Source of the DNA: Octopus sinensis
Lineage: Eukaryota
NCBI RefSeq assembly: GCF_006345805.1
Contig: NC_043010.1
Coordinates: 44,516,001 to 44,580,000, forward strand
Direction: 5' to 3'
Length of the DNA stretch: 64,000 nt
Made by a program: the position numbers and the translations under genes. Below the pieces are notes generated by a model that was given only the letters and a program-made list of their open reading frames with translations, was not told the DNA's origin and made no database searches. This document shows positions 25,560 to 37,722 of this stretch, piece after piece. Positions within the stretch are counted from its first letter, which is position 1. Each line of letters starts with the position of its first letter.

Positions 25560-25790
25560 TTTTTGTCCAATGACATTTCGTTCACTTTTAGATAAACTCT
25601 TTAGAAAAGAATGATATATTCACAGAACTATAACGAGCAAAAAGACATTCTTAAATCGAGAAGAGGTAATTGAAGCATTTGGACAGATTATCACAGCAAA
25701 AGATTAATTTTTTTTAGAGATGGAATATATAACATAGAGATACATTGGGTAAACATCATAGATGAACATGGATCATACTTTAATTAAATA
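25560..25790 (+). mobile_element. Highly decayed mariner C-terminal fragment
   Basis: KTF.N.EEV…..FF..GI….W..II…G.YF pattern across frames. Confidence 0.45.
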
Positions 25791-26241
25791 AATCAGTTCT
25801 CTTACACTTCTGAAACATTTCATTATTACCTTTCAAATATAACATTTCATGTGAAACAACCTAATAATTACATCTACGATTTTCTTTCAAGCAATACACA
25901 ATTAGGAAAAGAATACTGAAGATGTGAGAAAAGAAGGCTGAGTTCTTTGTGAAAACAATGAGCTGAAAATTATTTATTTTTCTAGTGAGTACCTTCTTCC
26001 AACTGATGTAGATTTATTAAATGCCAGAAAAGCAGTTGCAAAAATAAAGCATGAAGCAATGGACAACATAGCAGCAAGGATTTGTATTCAGAACATAAAA
26101 AGCCAGAAGAAAAGCCACAAAGTATTTTTTCCCAATGCACTAACAAATTTGCCAGCTTATCACCATATCATTCAGTTATGACATGAAATATGGTAAAAGA
26201 AAAAAATTCATTGATTTGATGGCTGTTGTAATTTGTGATAC

Positions 26242-26470
26242 TTAACCCTTTAGCATTTAAACCAATCATATCCCACCAAAATATTCAGCCCTGTTTTATC
26301 TTCACATTGGCTAAATCTGGTGTCTCACACTTCCCCTACAATATTATTCTGAAAAAAGACAACCATGTCATTGAAATCTCAAAACTACTAGGTAATGTAT
26401 GACTAATTCATATTGACATGAATAAATAAGCATTACATTTGACAGAGAAATTTTAATGCTAAAGGGTTAA
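26242..26470. mobile_element. piggyBac-like MITE with TTAA ends; inverted copy at 47837-48047
   Basis: ttaaccctttagcatt…aatgctaaagggttaa TIRs. Confidence 0.85.
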
Positions 26471-26689
26471 TGTATATATGTACGTTTTTGATAGGATGAC
26501 TTCATAAGAGAATCAGATATTTCAAGATTTCTCCCAAGTAGTAGAGAATTGCAAAGTCTTGTGATGCTAGACAACATATATTTTAATGAGATTATTGTCA
26601 TCAAAAGCTCTTAGTAGCTGAGTCAATAGGATATCAACCTACAGATGAAAGGGTTCACAAAGCAATTTGCTGACATTCCTAGGAGCTGC

Positions 26690-27600
26690 TCTATGTTTGA
26701 TGACCCTGTTCTTATAGCTCAATCACTACCTGAACTAGAGAGGAAATTTCAGTTGTGAAAGCAAGGTCTGGAATGAAAGTCCTAGTAAGTAGGAAAGCAG
26801 ACAAATCACAAGTCCTTTCAAGAAGATGGCATTGCTCAGTATGTAAGAAGGATGTTGTTAGAAATGCCATATGTTGTACCCAATGCAAGCTTTGGACACA
26901 TAAGAGATGTCACAGGAAGGTTCACAGACAAAATAATCTTTGTGTGTGGCAGATGTGCCAGTACAATTAGCACTAAGAATGCACAAAGAATAGACTTCCT
27001 CAAATGCCTTTGGAAATCCTTAGAAGTAGTAGACAGCTTCTGTTACCTAGGTGACCAAGTTAGCAGTGGAGGAGGAAGTTTTGAAAGCATAGTTGCTAGA
27101 ATAAGAGCAAGCTAGGCAAAGTTCAAAGATTATTATCTTTGTTAGTAACCAAGAGTTTTTCCCTAAGATTGAAAGGCAGATTGTATGATGCCTGTCTACA
27201 TAAAGCTATACTTTATGGCAGTAAAACATGGGCTATGACTACAGAGGACTCGCAAAGGCTTGAAAGAAATGAAGCCAGCATGTTGCACTGGATGGGTAAT
27301 GTCAGTGTGCATACATGACAAAGTGTAAATGATTTAAGGGGAAAACCAAGTATAAGAGACATCAAATGTTGTGTGCAAGAGAGACCAAGCTGGTTTGGTC
27401 ATGTGATGCATATAGATAAGAACAGTTGCGTAAAGAAGTGCCAATCTCTAATTGTATAGGAAACCAGTGAAAGGGGTAGACCCAGGAAAATCTGGGACGA
27501 AGTAGTGAGAAAAGATCTTCAGCCAGTAGGCTTCCCTGAGATGACAAGGGATTGGGACTTGCGGTGATTTGCTGTATTTGAGAAGATATATCATTCTAAG
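26690..27600 (+). mobile_element. RTE LINE 3' fragment with Cys-rich (PHD-like) insert; related fragments at 31740-32280, 52480-52950, 55930-56150
   Basis: CSVC.K.V..NAI.CT.CKLWTHKRC, F.YLG…, KGRLYDAC…..LYGS.TW motifs. Confidence 0.88.
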
Positions 27601-28576
27601 TAAAATTGCAGCCATCCATACATATAAGCATATCTTTTATGGCCCTACTCCCACTCCCTTTCCCAGCTCAGAAGTCTTTGTCCTGCATTTGCTAGTGCCA
27701 CATAAATTTACCTGTGCTGGCAGCACGTAAAAAGCACTCAGCACACTCTGTAAGGTGGTTGACATTAGGAAGGGCATCCACCTGTAAAAACTATGCCAAA
27801 ACAGACAATTGGTACTGAGATAGCTCTCTGGCTGACCAGCTCCTGTCAGTCTGTCCAACCCATGCCAGCATAGGAAATGGATGTTAAACGATGACGACAA
27901 TGATGATGATTATTCTTTGTTATCATAATATTGTGGATAAATAATTTGTTAAGCTCAGAAAATATAAAGATTAGCTAATTATAATTGAAAAAAATTGCAG
28001 TATCTCAAGACAGTTACAAAACCAGTGATTGCAGGGGCACTATATATGATAAAAAAAAAAAAAAGAACTGAAAATTATATGAGAATGACTCCTAACTTAC
28101 CATCCCAGCAAGAAGCACAAAAGATTGAATAAACTGAAATGTTATACATATTGAAAAGAGCATTGTCACTTTGAGAGAGATAACCTTCCATGTAAATATT
28201 TTTTTGCAACATCACTTTATTTGACTTTGAATATGAACAATCTGATGTCCTTATTTTAATGGTTTATCAGTGAGTTTTTTTTGCGCTAGGTATCAGGAAG
28301 TCACTTGGCAAGAAATAGAAACAAAATTGAAGGCAGAAGAAAAACTCAACAACAACAATAATAAGGCTATTTCTATCAAATTGAAGAATAGAATAGTTTG
28401 ACAGATGGATAAAAGTTAAAAATATAAAAAGAAAAAATAACGAAACAGAAAACAATAGATTTATAATAATGGTGAAATTTATGGCATTTTTGTAATCAAT
28501 GTATAAAGGCTAAATAAACGTTAACGCTTCTAACAATTATTCTTCTCAACTGCTTTTTTAATAAAACACCGCCTAC

Positions 28577-28585
28577 ACCGGAAGT
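28577..28585 (+). promoter_or_regulatory. ETS (GABPA/ELK-type) motif ACCGGAAGT in the candidate HPS1 promoter
   Basis: Exact consensus ~85 nt upstream of the HPS1 ATG in a CpG-retaining region. Confidence 0.5.
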
Positions 28586-28667
28586 TATAAACAAACCGGT
28601 GTTTGTACTACATTTAGGCGAAACTGGCAGACGATAGTTTTATCTTATTCGGAAATGTTTTAATGTC

Positions 28668-28787
28668 ATGATGAAAGGGCTTTTGCTGTTTAATCAGAGC
28701 AGTGTTCTTTTATTTATTGACGCGGACCAGGAATTTTTGGAATCAGCTTACAAGAAGAGACTCCTTCAAGAGTTTAACAATGACCAG
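28668..28787 (+). CDS. HPS1: HPS1 (BLOC-3 subunit) exon 1 (MMKGLLLFNQSSVLLFIDADQEFLESAYKKRLLQEFNNDQ)
   Basis: Resembles recalled human N-terminus [22 protein letters not shown]; donor CAG/gtatat; 120 nt, phase 0. Confidence 0.88.
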
Positions 28788-30009
28788 GTATATATGTACG
28801 TTAATTCTTAAAACAGGTATATTTCTATACTGTACCATACAGAACTTAATACATTTTCTCACTTCCGATTGAACAAGAAATAGAAATAGTTTGGATGCAT
28901 GCTATATTTTCTCTTCAAAGCTCGAAGGGTGACAAAACACGATTTTTCTAAAGTTTGTAGTAAATTTTGTTGGCACATAGTAGATCGGCGAAATAATTGA
29001 GGGTAACATACACAAAACTCATACATTGTAAGTATGTTCGTTTGTCGGTTTTATCAATGAGCATTCCAGTTGTTCAGTAAACTACACTGTGTACTCACTG
29101 AATGAAAGTAAAAATGGTTGAATGTTTCACTGACACTTGCTGAAGATGCAATGCAGTGTGACAGAACACGGGATTGCTAAGCGAACGTCTTAACTACAGT
29201 GGCTTAACCAGGCTGTGTTCCACTCGAGGTAGCCCTTAAGTTTTCTGCTTCTCTCTCCCAGAGTATAATCTTATAAAGGCTTAAGCTTATACAGCAGACA
29301 CTAGTGATGCCCCCATAAAAAAGTGTCATCCGGGCCGGATCACCCCACCAGCACCTGTTTAACCCTCTGGCTTGACATGACCGAGTGGTGTATCTAGGCT
29401 TTTGGATGTGTAAATTGGAGAAAAATAGTTTGAAGCGGCAGATTCACTCCGTCGTTACTCCGAGTTTCTCACTGTGTGCAATCCTTTAGACGATAAAACT
29501 TTTTTTTTTTTGGCACGAGACGGATTGCACATAGCGAGAAACCCTAACTTTTGACATAACCGATCATTACTTTCAAAAATGTGTAAACTCTTTTTCTCGG
29601 GTTTGCACTTGCAACTGTGTTTGTAAAGGAGCGCGCGTGTATACATACATACATACATACATCGACAGCTCAACAAACACACAAATTCAATCACATTTAC
29701 AAACACCAGGAATACTCTTCACAAAAAATATCTCGTCGCTTTGTTAACAACAGGCTTGAACAGCCCTTTTATTACCATATATATCTGTTGAAATATATTG
29801 CTTTTGTTTCAATTAATCTCAATAATGAAGAATTCATTAAAATGACTTGGCCCTTATTAAACTGGCGTGTAGAATATACAGTAACATGGAATTTTGATGG
29901 AAGGTTTTAATCTAGATCCTTTTAAAAGAGGAAATTTGCTTCTTAAAACTAAGGGCCGGGCGTAGGTCTGTTGGTATCAAAAGGTTTCAGAAACTCGAAG
30001 AAAAATCAT

Positions 30010-30125
30010 ATATACATACATGTATGTGTGTGTGTGTATATTCTGTATTTAGACTTGTCTTTAAGAGTAAAAATCATTAATTTACACACACGTACACACA
30101 TTTACTCTTAAAGACTGTCTACATT

Positions 30126-30175
<50 letters not shown>

Positions 30176-30296
30176 TATATACACATATATATATATACAC
30201 ATATATATATACACATATATATACACACATATATATACACATATATATATATATATACACATATATATATACACATATATATATACACATATATTT

Positions 30297-30339
<43 letters not shown>

Positions 30340-30354
30340 CATATATATATATAT

Positions 30355-30397
<43 letters not shown>

Positions 30398-30435
30398 ACA
30401 TACATATATATATATATATACATACATATATATAT

Positions 30436-30478
<43 letters not shown>

Positions 30479-30560
30479 CATACATACACACACACACATA
30501 CAAATACCTCTCACTCTACATACACACACACACATACAAATTCCTCTCACTCTACACACA
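30010..30560. repeat. Compound (TA)n/(CA)n microsatellite
   Basis: About 550 bp of TA/CA dinucleotide repeats; source of spurious Y/I/V/C-rich ORFs. Confidence 0.97.
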
Positions 30561-32309
30561 CATGCCTCTTTTAAATTTACTTAATTGTGCGAATGTTTTT
30601 GTTTGTTTAATCTCACCTGATAGTTTACTACTCTTTTAAAGACACTCCTTCCATTTCCCCTCCCTGCCTCCATCCCCCCACTCGCTAAACTTCCTTTACG
30701 AAGCAGAGAGCAATTTTGATTTAATTGTTGGGAGAAAATGCAATTGCGAATAAGCTAATTGTTATGTACGCTTCGACATGTAACTAAGAGCACTGATTGA
30801 CTTGAACAATAATATTTTTTCAAATTCTATTTTTCTCATTTTGTAGCCCCCTCACCTCCCACCGTTTCCTATTTCTATTATTTTACACGTGAGTTTGTTG
30901 CTTTATCTTTATTCTCTGTGTACGTTATTCTCTTAGCTATTCACTTCTAACTTGATATCTGGCCTTTATCTTTTACTTGTTCCAATCACTGGACTGTGAC
31001 CATCCTGAAAAAGAGGATGAATGACGTCATCTCTTCATGCCGGCACTCTATACCAATACCGAAAGATCGCTTACACATATTCACCTCCACACAGGATGGG
31101 CTTCATTTAGTTTCCGTCTCTCAAATTTACTTACAAAGCTCTGGTTGGCTTGAGGGTGTAGTATAAAATACTTGCCCAATGCTCCACACAGTGGGATTGA
31201 ACCCAGAACCGTGTGATTGGGAAGCTAACTTCTTACAACACAGCCACGCCTAGCTGTGATACCAGTGCCAGTGGCATGTAAGAGAACCATCCGATTGGCC
31301 TCGTGCTGGTGGCACGTAAAAAGCACCATCCGTTCGTGGCTGTTGCCAGCCTTGCCTGGCCCCGTGCTGGTGGAACGTAAAAAGCACCATCCGATTGTGA
31401 CTGTTTGCCAGCCTCGTCTGGCACATAAAAAGCACCCACTACACTCACGGAATGGTTGGCGTTAGGAAGGGCATCCAGCCATAGAAACATTGCCAGATCA
31501 GACTGGGCCTGGTGCAGCCTTCTGGCTTCCCAGACCCAAGTTGAACTGTCCAACCCATGCTAGCATGGAAAGCAGACGCTAAACGATGATGATGATGATA
31601 TATATGTGTGTGTGTGTTGGAACTGCCTTGTGTACCTAATGCACAAGAGATCTATTATGCAGGCTGACAAAAAAGAAAGACTTCCTATGTAGCAAATGCC
31701 CATGAGTAGTAGCAATAAGTGCACTCATGAAATAAATTGGTTGGAGTAGATGATAGCATCCCTTAAGTAGTTGATCTGATTAACAGTGGAGGGTGTCCTA
31801 AAATCATAGCAACCAAAGAAAGAATGATGTGGATAAAGTTCTTTGCCAACTCTGCTGGCAAAGAAGGGTGCCTTCTCGAGGTGTAGGGCAGAATGTATGA
31901 TGCTTGTATATGATGTAGCAAAATATGGGTATTGATTATAGAGGTTATGTGAAGGCTGTAAGGAAATGATTCAGTTGTGCTCTGCTGGTTGTGTGATGTT
32001 GATATGTATAAATGATGGAGCACAAATGAGCTGAGATAAAAATTTTGGCATAAGAGGTATAAGATATGATATACAAAAGAGACGACTGCATGTGATAAAT
32101 GTAGTACTAAGTTGTGTAAAGATAGAAGTGCCAAGCAATCCAAGTAGATAGGACCTGTGGAAGTGAAGAACTAAGCATGGTATGGAAGGTAGTAGTGAAA
32201 GCTAATCTCAGATGACTGAATCTTACAAGGAAGATGACAAAGTACCACAACAAGTGGTGAGATGTTCTACTGGAGAGCATCTCACTTTCATCTGTTGCTT
32301 TTTTTTTTA

Positions 32310-32682
32310 GAAGCACTCCGTCGGTTACGACGACGAGGGTTCCGGTTGATCCAAATCAACAGAACAGCCTGCTTGTGAAATTAACGTGTAAGTGGCTGAG
32401 CACTCCACAGACACGTGTACCCTCCCTTAACGTAGTTCTCGGGGATATTCAGCGTGACACAGAGAGTGACAAGGCCGGCCCTTTGAAATACAGGTACAAA
32501 AGAAACAGGAAGTAAGAGTGAGAGAAAGTTGTGGTGAAAGAGTACGGCAGGGATCATCACCATCCCCTGCCGGAGCCTCGTGGAGCTTTAGGTGTTTTCG
32601 CTCAATAAACACTCACAACGCCCGGTCTGGGAATCGAAACCACGAGTCCGCTGCCCTAACCGCTAGGCCATTGCGCCTCCAC
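32310..32682 (-). mobile_element. Young tRNA-head SINE (family C), CpG-rich
   Basis: Head gtggaggcgcaatggcctagcggttagggcagcgg…gtttcgattccc with A/B boxes; CpGs intact. Confidence 0.85.
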
Positions 32683-33643
32683 TCATCTGTTGCAAGCATA
32701 CAAAGACAGGTATAAAACTGGCCATATATATATCATACTTATTGTAAATACTTCATTGAAAAGCAATATACTGTGGTATTCATCCAGAGATAACAATAAT
32801 TTTTTGTGTGTCACCTTGTCTTGATATCACATGATGGTTGTAAATGAGTATTGTTCATTGACAATCATTCTTGAAAAAACATCTGGCCATGGAAAACCAT
32901 TAGTTTGCTTGGCAACAGGTGAATGTTGGCCACAGAAAGGGCTTACAACCATAGAAAAGTCTGCCTCAAAGATTTCAGTTTTTATTACTTTTGCCCACAT
33001 CTTTTGTTGCTCTTTCTGTTCCAGTTTCCTTCCACTTGGATATCCCGGTTTTTCTTTACTCATCTCTTCCATATGCATCATATTTCCAATTCAATGCAAT
33101 ATTCATTCTTGCACACTACAATTGATTCTCCTTTTCCCCAATTAATCACTCAGTTCATCTTTTCCATTACACATTCAGTAGAGTGGTGGTTCCCAATTTG
33201 GGGTCTGTGGAACCCTGGTGGTCTGGAAAGGTAGTACTGGGGGTTCATGAGCTAAATTCAAAATTTCATATTATATATATATATATGAAATGTATACGTG
33301 CAGGTGGCACATAAAAAGCACCCACTACACTCACGGAGTGGTTGACGTTAGGAAGGGCATCCAGCCGTAGAAACACTGCCAGATCTGACTGGACCTGATG
33401 CAGCCTTCCGGCTTCACAGACCCCAGTTGAACCGTCCAACCCATTCTAGCATGGAAAACGGACGCTAAATGATGATGATGATGATGATATTGGTAAAAAC
33501 AGTAAGATAACAAAAGGAAGAAAGAGACCTCAATATTATGTAAATAGAGGTTATCGAAGAGATGGTGGTATGGATTTCCACCTCACCATCCAAAACTCAG
33601 AGTTTTATCTTGGCTACTGAATAATTGTCACATATTATTTTAC

Positions 33644-33696
<53 letters not shown>

Positions 33697-36163
33697 CATA
33701 AGAACAAGCATATTAAAACTCATTTAAATAAAATGGTTGGGAACTACTGCAGTAGAGTATGCTTGCTTCATTTCTCTCCAACCTTCAAACATTCTCTGTG
33801 TTCAGTGTCTACATCTCACTACCATGCATCATTGCACTTTGTACACATCAAACATACAATCTACAATCTATTTTTATTAAAAAAGTACTGCTTTTTTTCT
33901 CAGACTTAAATATTATTGTGTTGATGAATGTGCATTTGTTTCTTCAGTCTGAGTTTCTTGAAACAAAAGTAATTAAATAAGTGTTGATTTAATTGACTGT
34001 TTCCACCCAAATGTGAAGCTTTGTGTCTCAAAATTTTTATTGTTCGGAGAGTGGTTGGGTGACAGAAATGGTAGTTGGCCAAATAAAATGCATTGAGGTA
34101 TTTAGTTGTATCCTTTTACATTCCAAGTTCAAATCCTATTGAGATCACCTTTGTCCTTTGGGATCAATAAAATTAACATCTGACATTTACTCGTGTTGAT
34201 ATTGACAATACTCTTCTTGAAATATTTGTAATCTTGTATTTAGTATATCTTTTATCTTTTACTTGTTTCACTTATTAGACTGTGGCCATGCTGGGGCACT
34301 GCCTTCAAGAATTTTTAGTTGAATGAATCAACCCCTGTACTTTTTTTTTGGCAGGATTTGATACTTATTCTCTCTGTCTCTTTTGCCAAACCACTAAGTT
34401 ATGGGGATGTAAACACACCAGTTGTCAAGTGATGGAAGGGAAACAAATGCAGACACAAAGACAGACGTGTGTGTGAGATGGGCTTCTTCCAGTTTCCGTC
34501 TACCAAATCTATTCACAAGGCTTTGGTTGGCACAAGGCTTTATCAGAAGACACTTATCCAAGCTTCCACGTAGTGGGATTGGACCCTGGACCATGTGGTT
34601 GGAAAGCAAGCTTCTTATTTCTTTACTGCCCACGAGGGGCTAAATACAAAAAGGACAGACACACGGGGATTAAGTCGATTATATCGACCCCAGTGCGTAA
34701 CTGGTACTTATTTAATCGACCCCGAAAAGATGAAAGGCAAAGTTGACCTCGGCAGAATTTGAACTCAGAACATAGACGAAATACCACTAAGCATTTTGCC
34801 CGGCGTGCAAACGTTTCTGCCAACTTGCCGCCTTGGAAAGCAAGCTTCTTACACAGCCATGCCTGTGTGTAAGAAATACTTATTGTAAGAAATTATTAAT
34901 ATTGTCAATAGACTATACTATTCTTTGCAGTTTACAAGTTTATTAATAATTTGCATTTTACTAGTACATATATCTGACCTAAAGTAATATTTTAGTTTAT
35001 TTGATAGAACAAATATACTTATAGATATTCTGTTGAATAATATTATGTTGCAGTTATTGGGCAGGTGGGGATGTAAGAAGTTCAACTGCTTCTTTTCATA
35101 CATCTATTAACTGAGTTATTTTTGTTAGAAAGAACTGCACTTGTTTGAATCTCTCTAATCTGTGTCACCTGATTTTATTGTCCCCATGCTCCTTGCTTCA
35201 GGCAAATTAAATAATTACTAATTTCTCATATGCTCCCATTCATAGGCATAGCTATTAAACTCTTCTTTGTAGTATATGAATTGATAATTTCTACTGTATC
35301 TGCAACCTTTTATTTATTTTTTTTTGTTGTAATATTTAAAACTGTTCAAAAAAAAAATTTCATCATATTTTAATTGAGTGTTTAGAAACAATGTTTGAAC
35401 TAGTAGAGTTAGTTTGTGTGTCTGAAATACTCTAATTATCTTAAAATCAACAATTACTGGACTGTGTTGAGTTTTACTGAAACTTAGCCGAGACTTCAAG
35501 GCACTAAGCATTTGAGTGACACTTGTTTGGCTGGGTAAAGTACCATTCTAACAACAAAATTTGTTTATGAGAAAATTTGTGTTGAGAGTTGTAATTATGC
35601 AGTTTTCTCTTGTTGCTTATTGCAGTGCTGTGTACCTCCCACAAAACCTATTTATAGCTAGATGGAGAGGTATACAATGTTTTGGCCATGGACACATCAA
35701 AACATTGAAAAGATATAAACTGCCGACCCTTTCACTAGTGGGCTGACATCCAACTAGCTTAGCCAAATGTGTCTCTGCTGAACTGTTGTACGCATGTGTG
35801 TGAGTGTATGTGAGAGAGAGAGAGAGAGAGACAGACAGGCAGAGAGAAATGTGATACAAATGGATGTAAAATAAGTTTGGACAAAAATACATTACTAATA
35901 AGCATTCATTTGTTGTTGTTTAACACCAGGTCATTCTTTGCTCCCATCTTCACTCTGTCTTTCTGTATATCAGTGATTATATCATTTGATGTGTCCTTTT
36001 TGTTAAGATGATAAGGTGATTTGGCTGCTATTTCTAACAGGTTGAGCAACCATATAGAGGCTCCCTCATTATCTAGCCCATGCATGTATTTGATAATCTG
36101 ACTGAAGTGTTATTCATGATGTGAACCTTTTCTTGAATTTTATTTGAGAAACACTATCAGTTA

Positions 36164-36448
36164 ATTCTGTTGTGTCTGGGGAGAGTCATTTTCTTTTTGT
36201 GCCTTGTAATTTAACACACTCACCGGTAAAATTTCCACTTATTCCTTATTTTTATTTTCCTAAAATTTTCGTTGCGTCTTGCAACCTTTTCAACAGTCTT
36301 GATTGAGAGTCAAGGCTATTGAAAAGGTTGCAAGATGCAACGAAAATTTAAGGAAAATAAAAATAAGGAATAAGTGGAAATTTTACCGGTGAGTGTGTTA
36401 AATTATAAGGCACAAAAAGAAAATGACTCTCCCTAGACACAACAGAAT
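36164..36448. repeat. 285-bp near-perfect palindrome (141-bp arms, 3-nt loop) carrying mirrored hammerhead-like motifs; probable Penelope-type inverted end
   Basis: Arms differ at about 7 positions; 17-bp direct repeat gaaa(c/t)actatcagttaa at 36148-36164 and 36501-36517. Confidence 0.9.
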
Positions 36449-37252
36449 ATGCTTCAACACACGAACTCACATAAAGAATCTTGCAAACCAAACCAAAAAC
36501 GAAATACTATCAGTTAAGTTAATCCTTTCACAAACTTTAATGACACTGGTTCAAAGGGACAGTATTTATTTCTGATTGGTAGAGCATAAGATTATTACTA
36601 ATATTATTTTTTTCTCTTCTAAGGTTTCCTCTAAGCTAATACTGAAACTGAACAAACTCTACTGGAATTATTAAAGTTGTTCTCAAGGAAAAATAAAATA
36701 AACATATATAGATAAGAAAAGGAAAAAATTAAAAACGAGAAGGAAAGAGAAAGAGAAGAGGAAAAGGAAAGAATGTGGCTGTTTAGTAAGAAGTTTACTT
36801 CTCATCCACATAGTTCTGGGTTCATCCCCATCTTGTGGCACCTTGAATGTCTTCTACTATAGCCTTGTGAGTGGATTTGGTAGACAGAAACTGAAAGAAG
36901 CCCATCGTGTGTGTGTGTGTGTGTGTGTGTTTGTCTTCGTCCTTCCACCACTGCTTGAAGACTGGTGTTGGTGTGTTTATGTCCCCCTAACTTAGCGGTT
37001 TGGCAAAAGAAACTGAGAGAATAAGTACTGGGGTCAATTAGTTTGACTAAAATTGCTCAAGGCAGTGCCCCAGCATTGCCGCAGTCTAAAGACTGAAACA
37101 AGTAAAAAATAAAAGAAAAGATATATTTACATGATGTATTAGATATATATATAGTGGAGGCATGTGGCTTAGTGGTTAGGGTGTCAGCATCATGATTATA
37201 AGATTGTGGTTTCAATTCCTGGAATAGGCGATGCGTTGTGTTCTTGAGCAAT

Positions 37253-37722
37253 ACACTTTATTTCACGTTGCTCCAGTCCACTCAGCTGGCAAAAATGAGT
37301 AACGCTGCGATGGACTGGCGTCCCGTCCAGCTGGCAAACACATACACCATTGAAACTGGGAAACCGGGCCCATGAGCCTGGCTAGGCTTTAAAAGGGCGC
37401 ATTTATTTTTATGATAAATATATATATATATATATATATATAATCTTGAATTATATACATATATTATATATGTATATTAAACTGTTAAAAGACAATACAT
37501 TTATAATATAGATATAATATATGTATATAATTCAAGATTATATATATATGTATATATTTATCATAAAAATAAATGTGCCCTTTTAAAGCCTAGCCAGGCT
37601 CATGGGCCCAGTTTCCCGGTTTCAATGGAGTATGTGTTTCCCAGCTGGACGGGACACCAGTCCATCACAGCGTTACTTATTTTTGCCAGCTGAGTGGACT
37701 GGAGCAACGTGAAATAAAGTGT
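37253..37722. repeat. Inverted duplication of a SINE 3' half plus its AT-rich flank (~225-bp arms)
   Basis: acactttatttcacgttgctccagtccactc…ataatcttgaattatatac is mirrored; the complete SINE head (37143) is on the left only. Confidence 0.92.

Noticed and set aside
30082-30503. Several long Y/I/V/C/M-rich ORFs (also near 4.4, 8.0 and 49.6 kb)
   Set aside because: Translations of TA/CA/TG microsatellites
31255-31430. Three short spaced direct repeats (ggcacgtaaaaagcacc) superficially CRISPR-like
   Set aside because: Internal duplications of a eukaryotic SINE/LINE tail; spacers are related to each other and there are no cas genes
32600-32682. tRNA-like sequence (also at 111, 37143 and 42299)
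   Set aside because: These are SINE heads: no complete cloverleaf, and each continues into a repeat body
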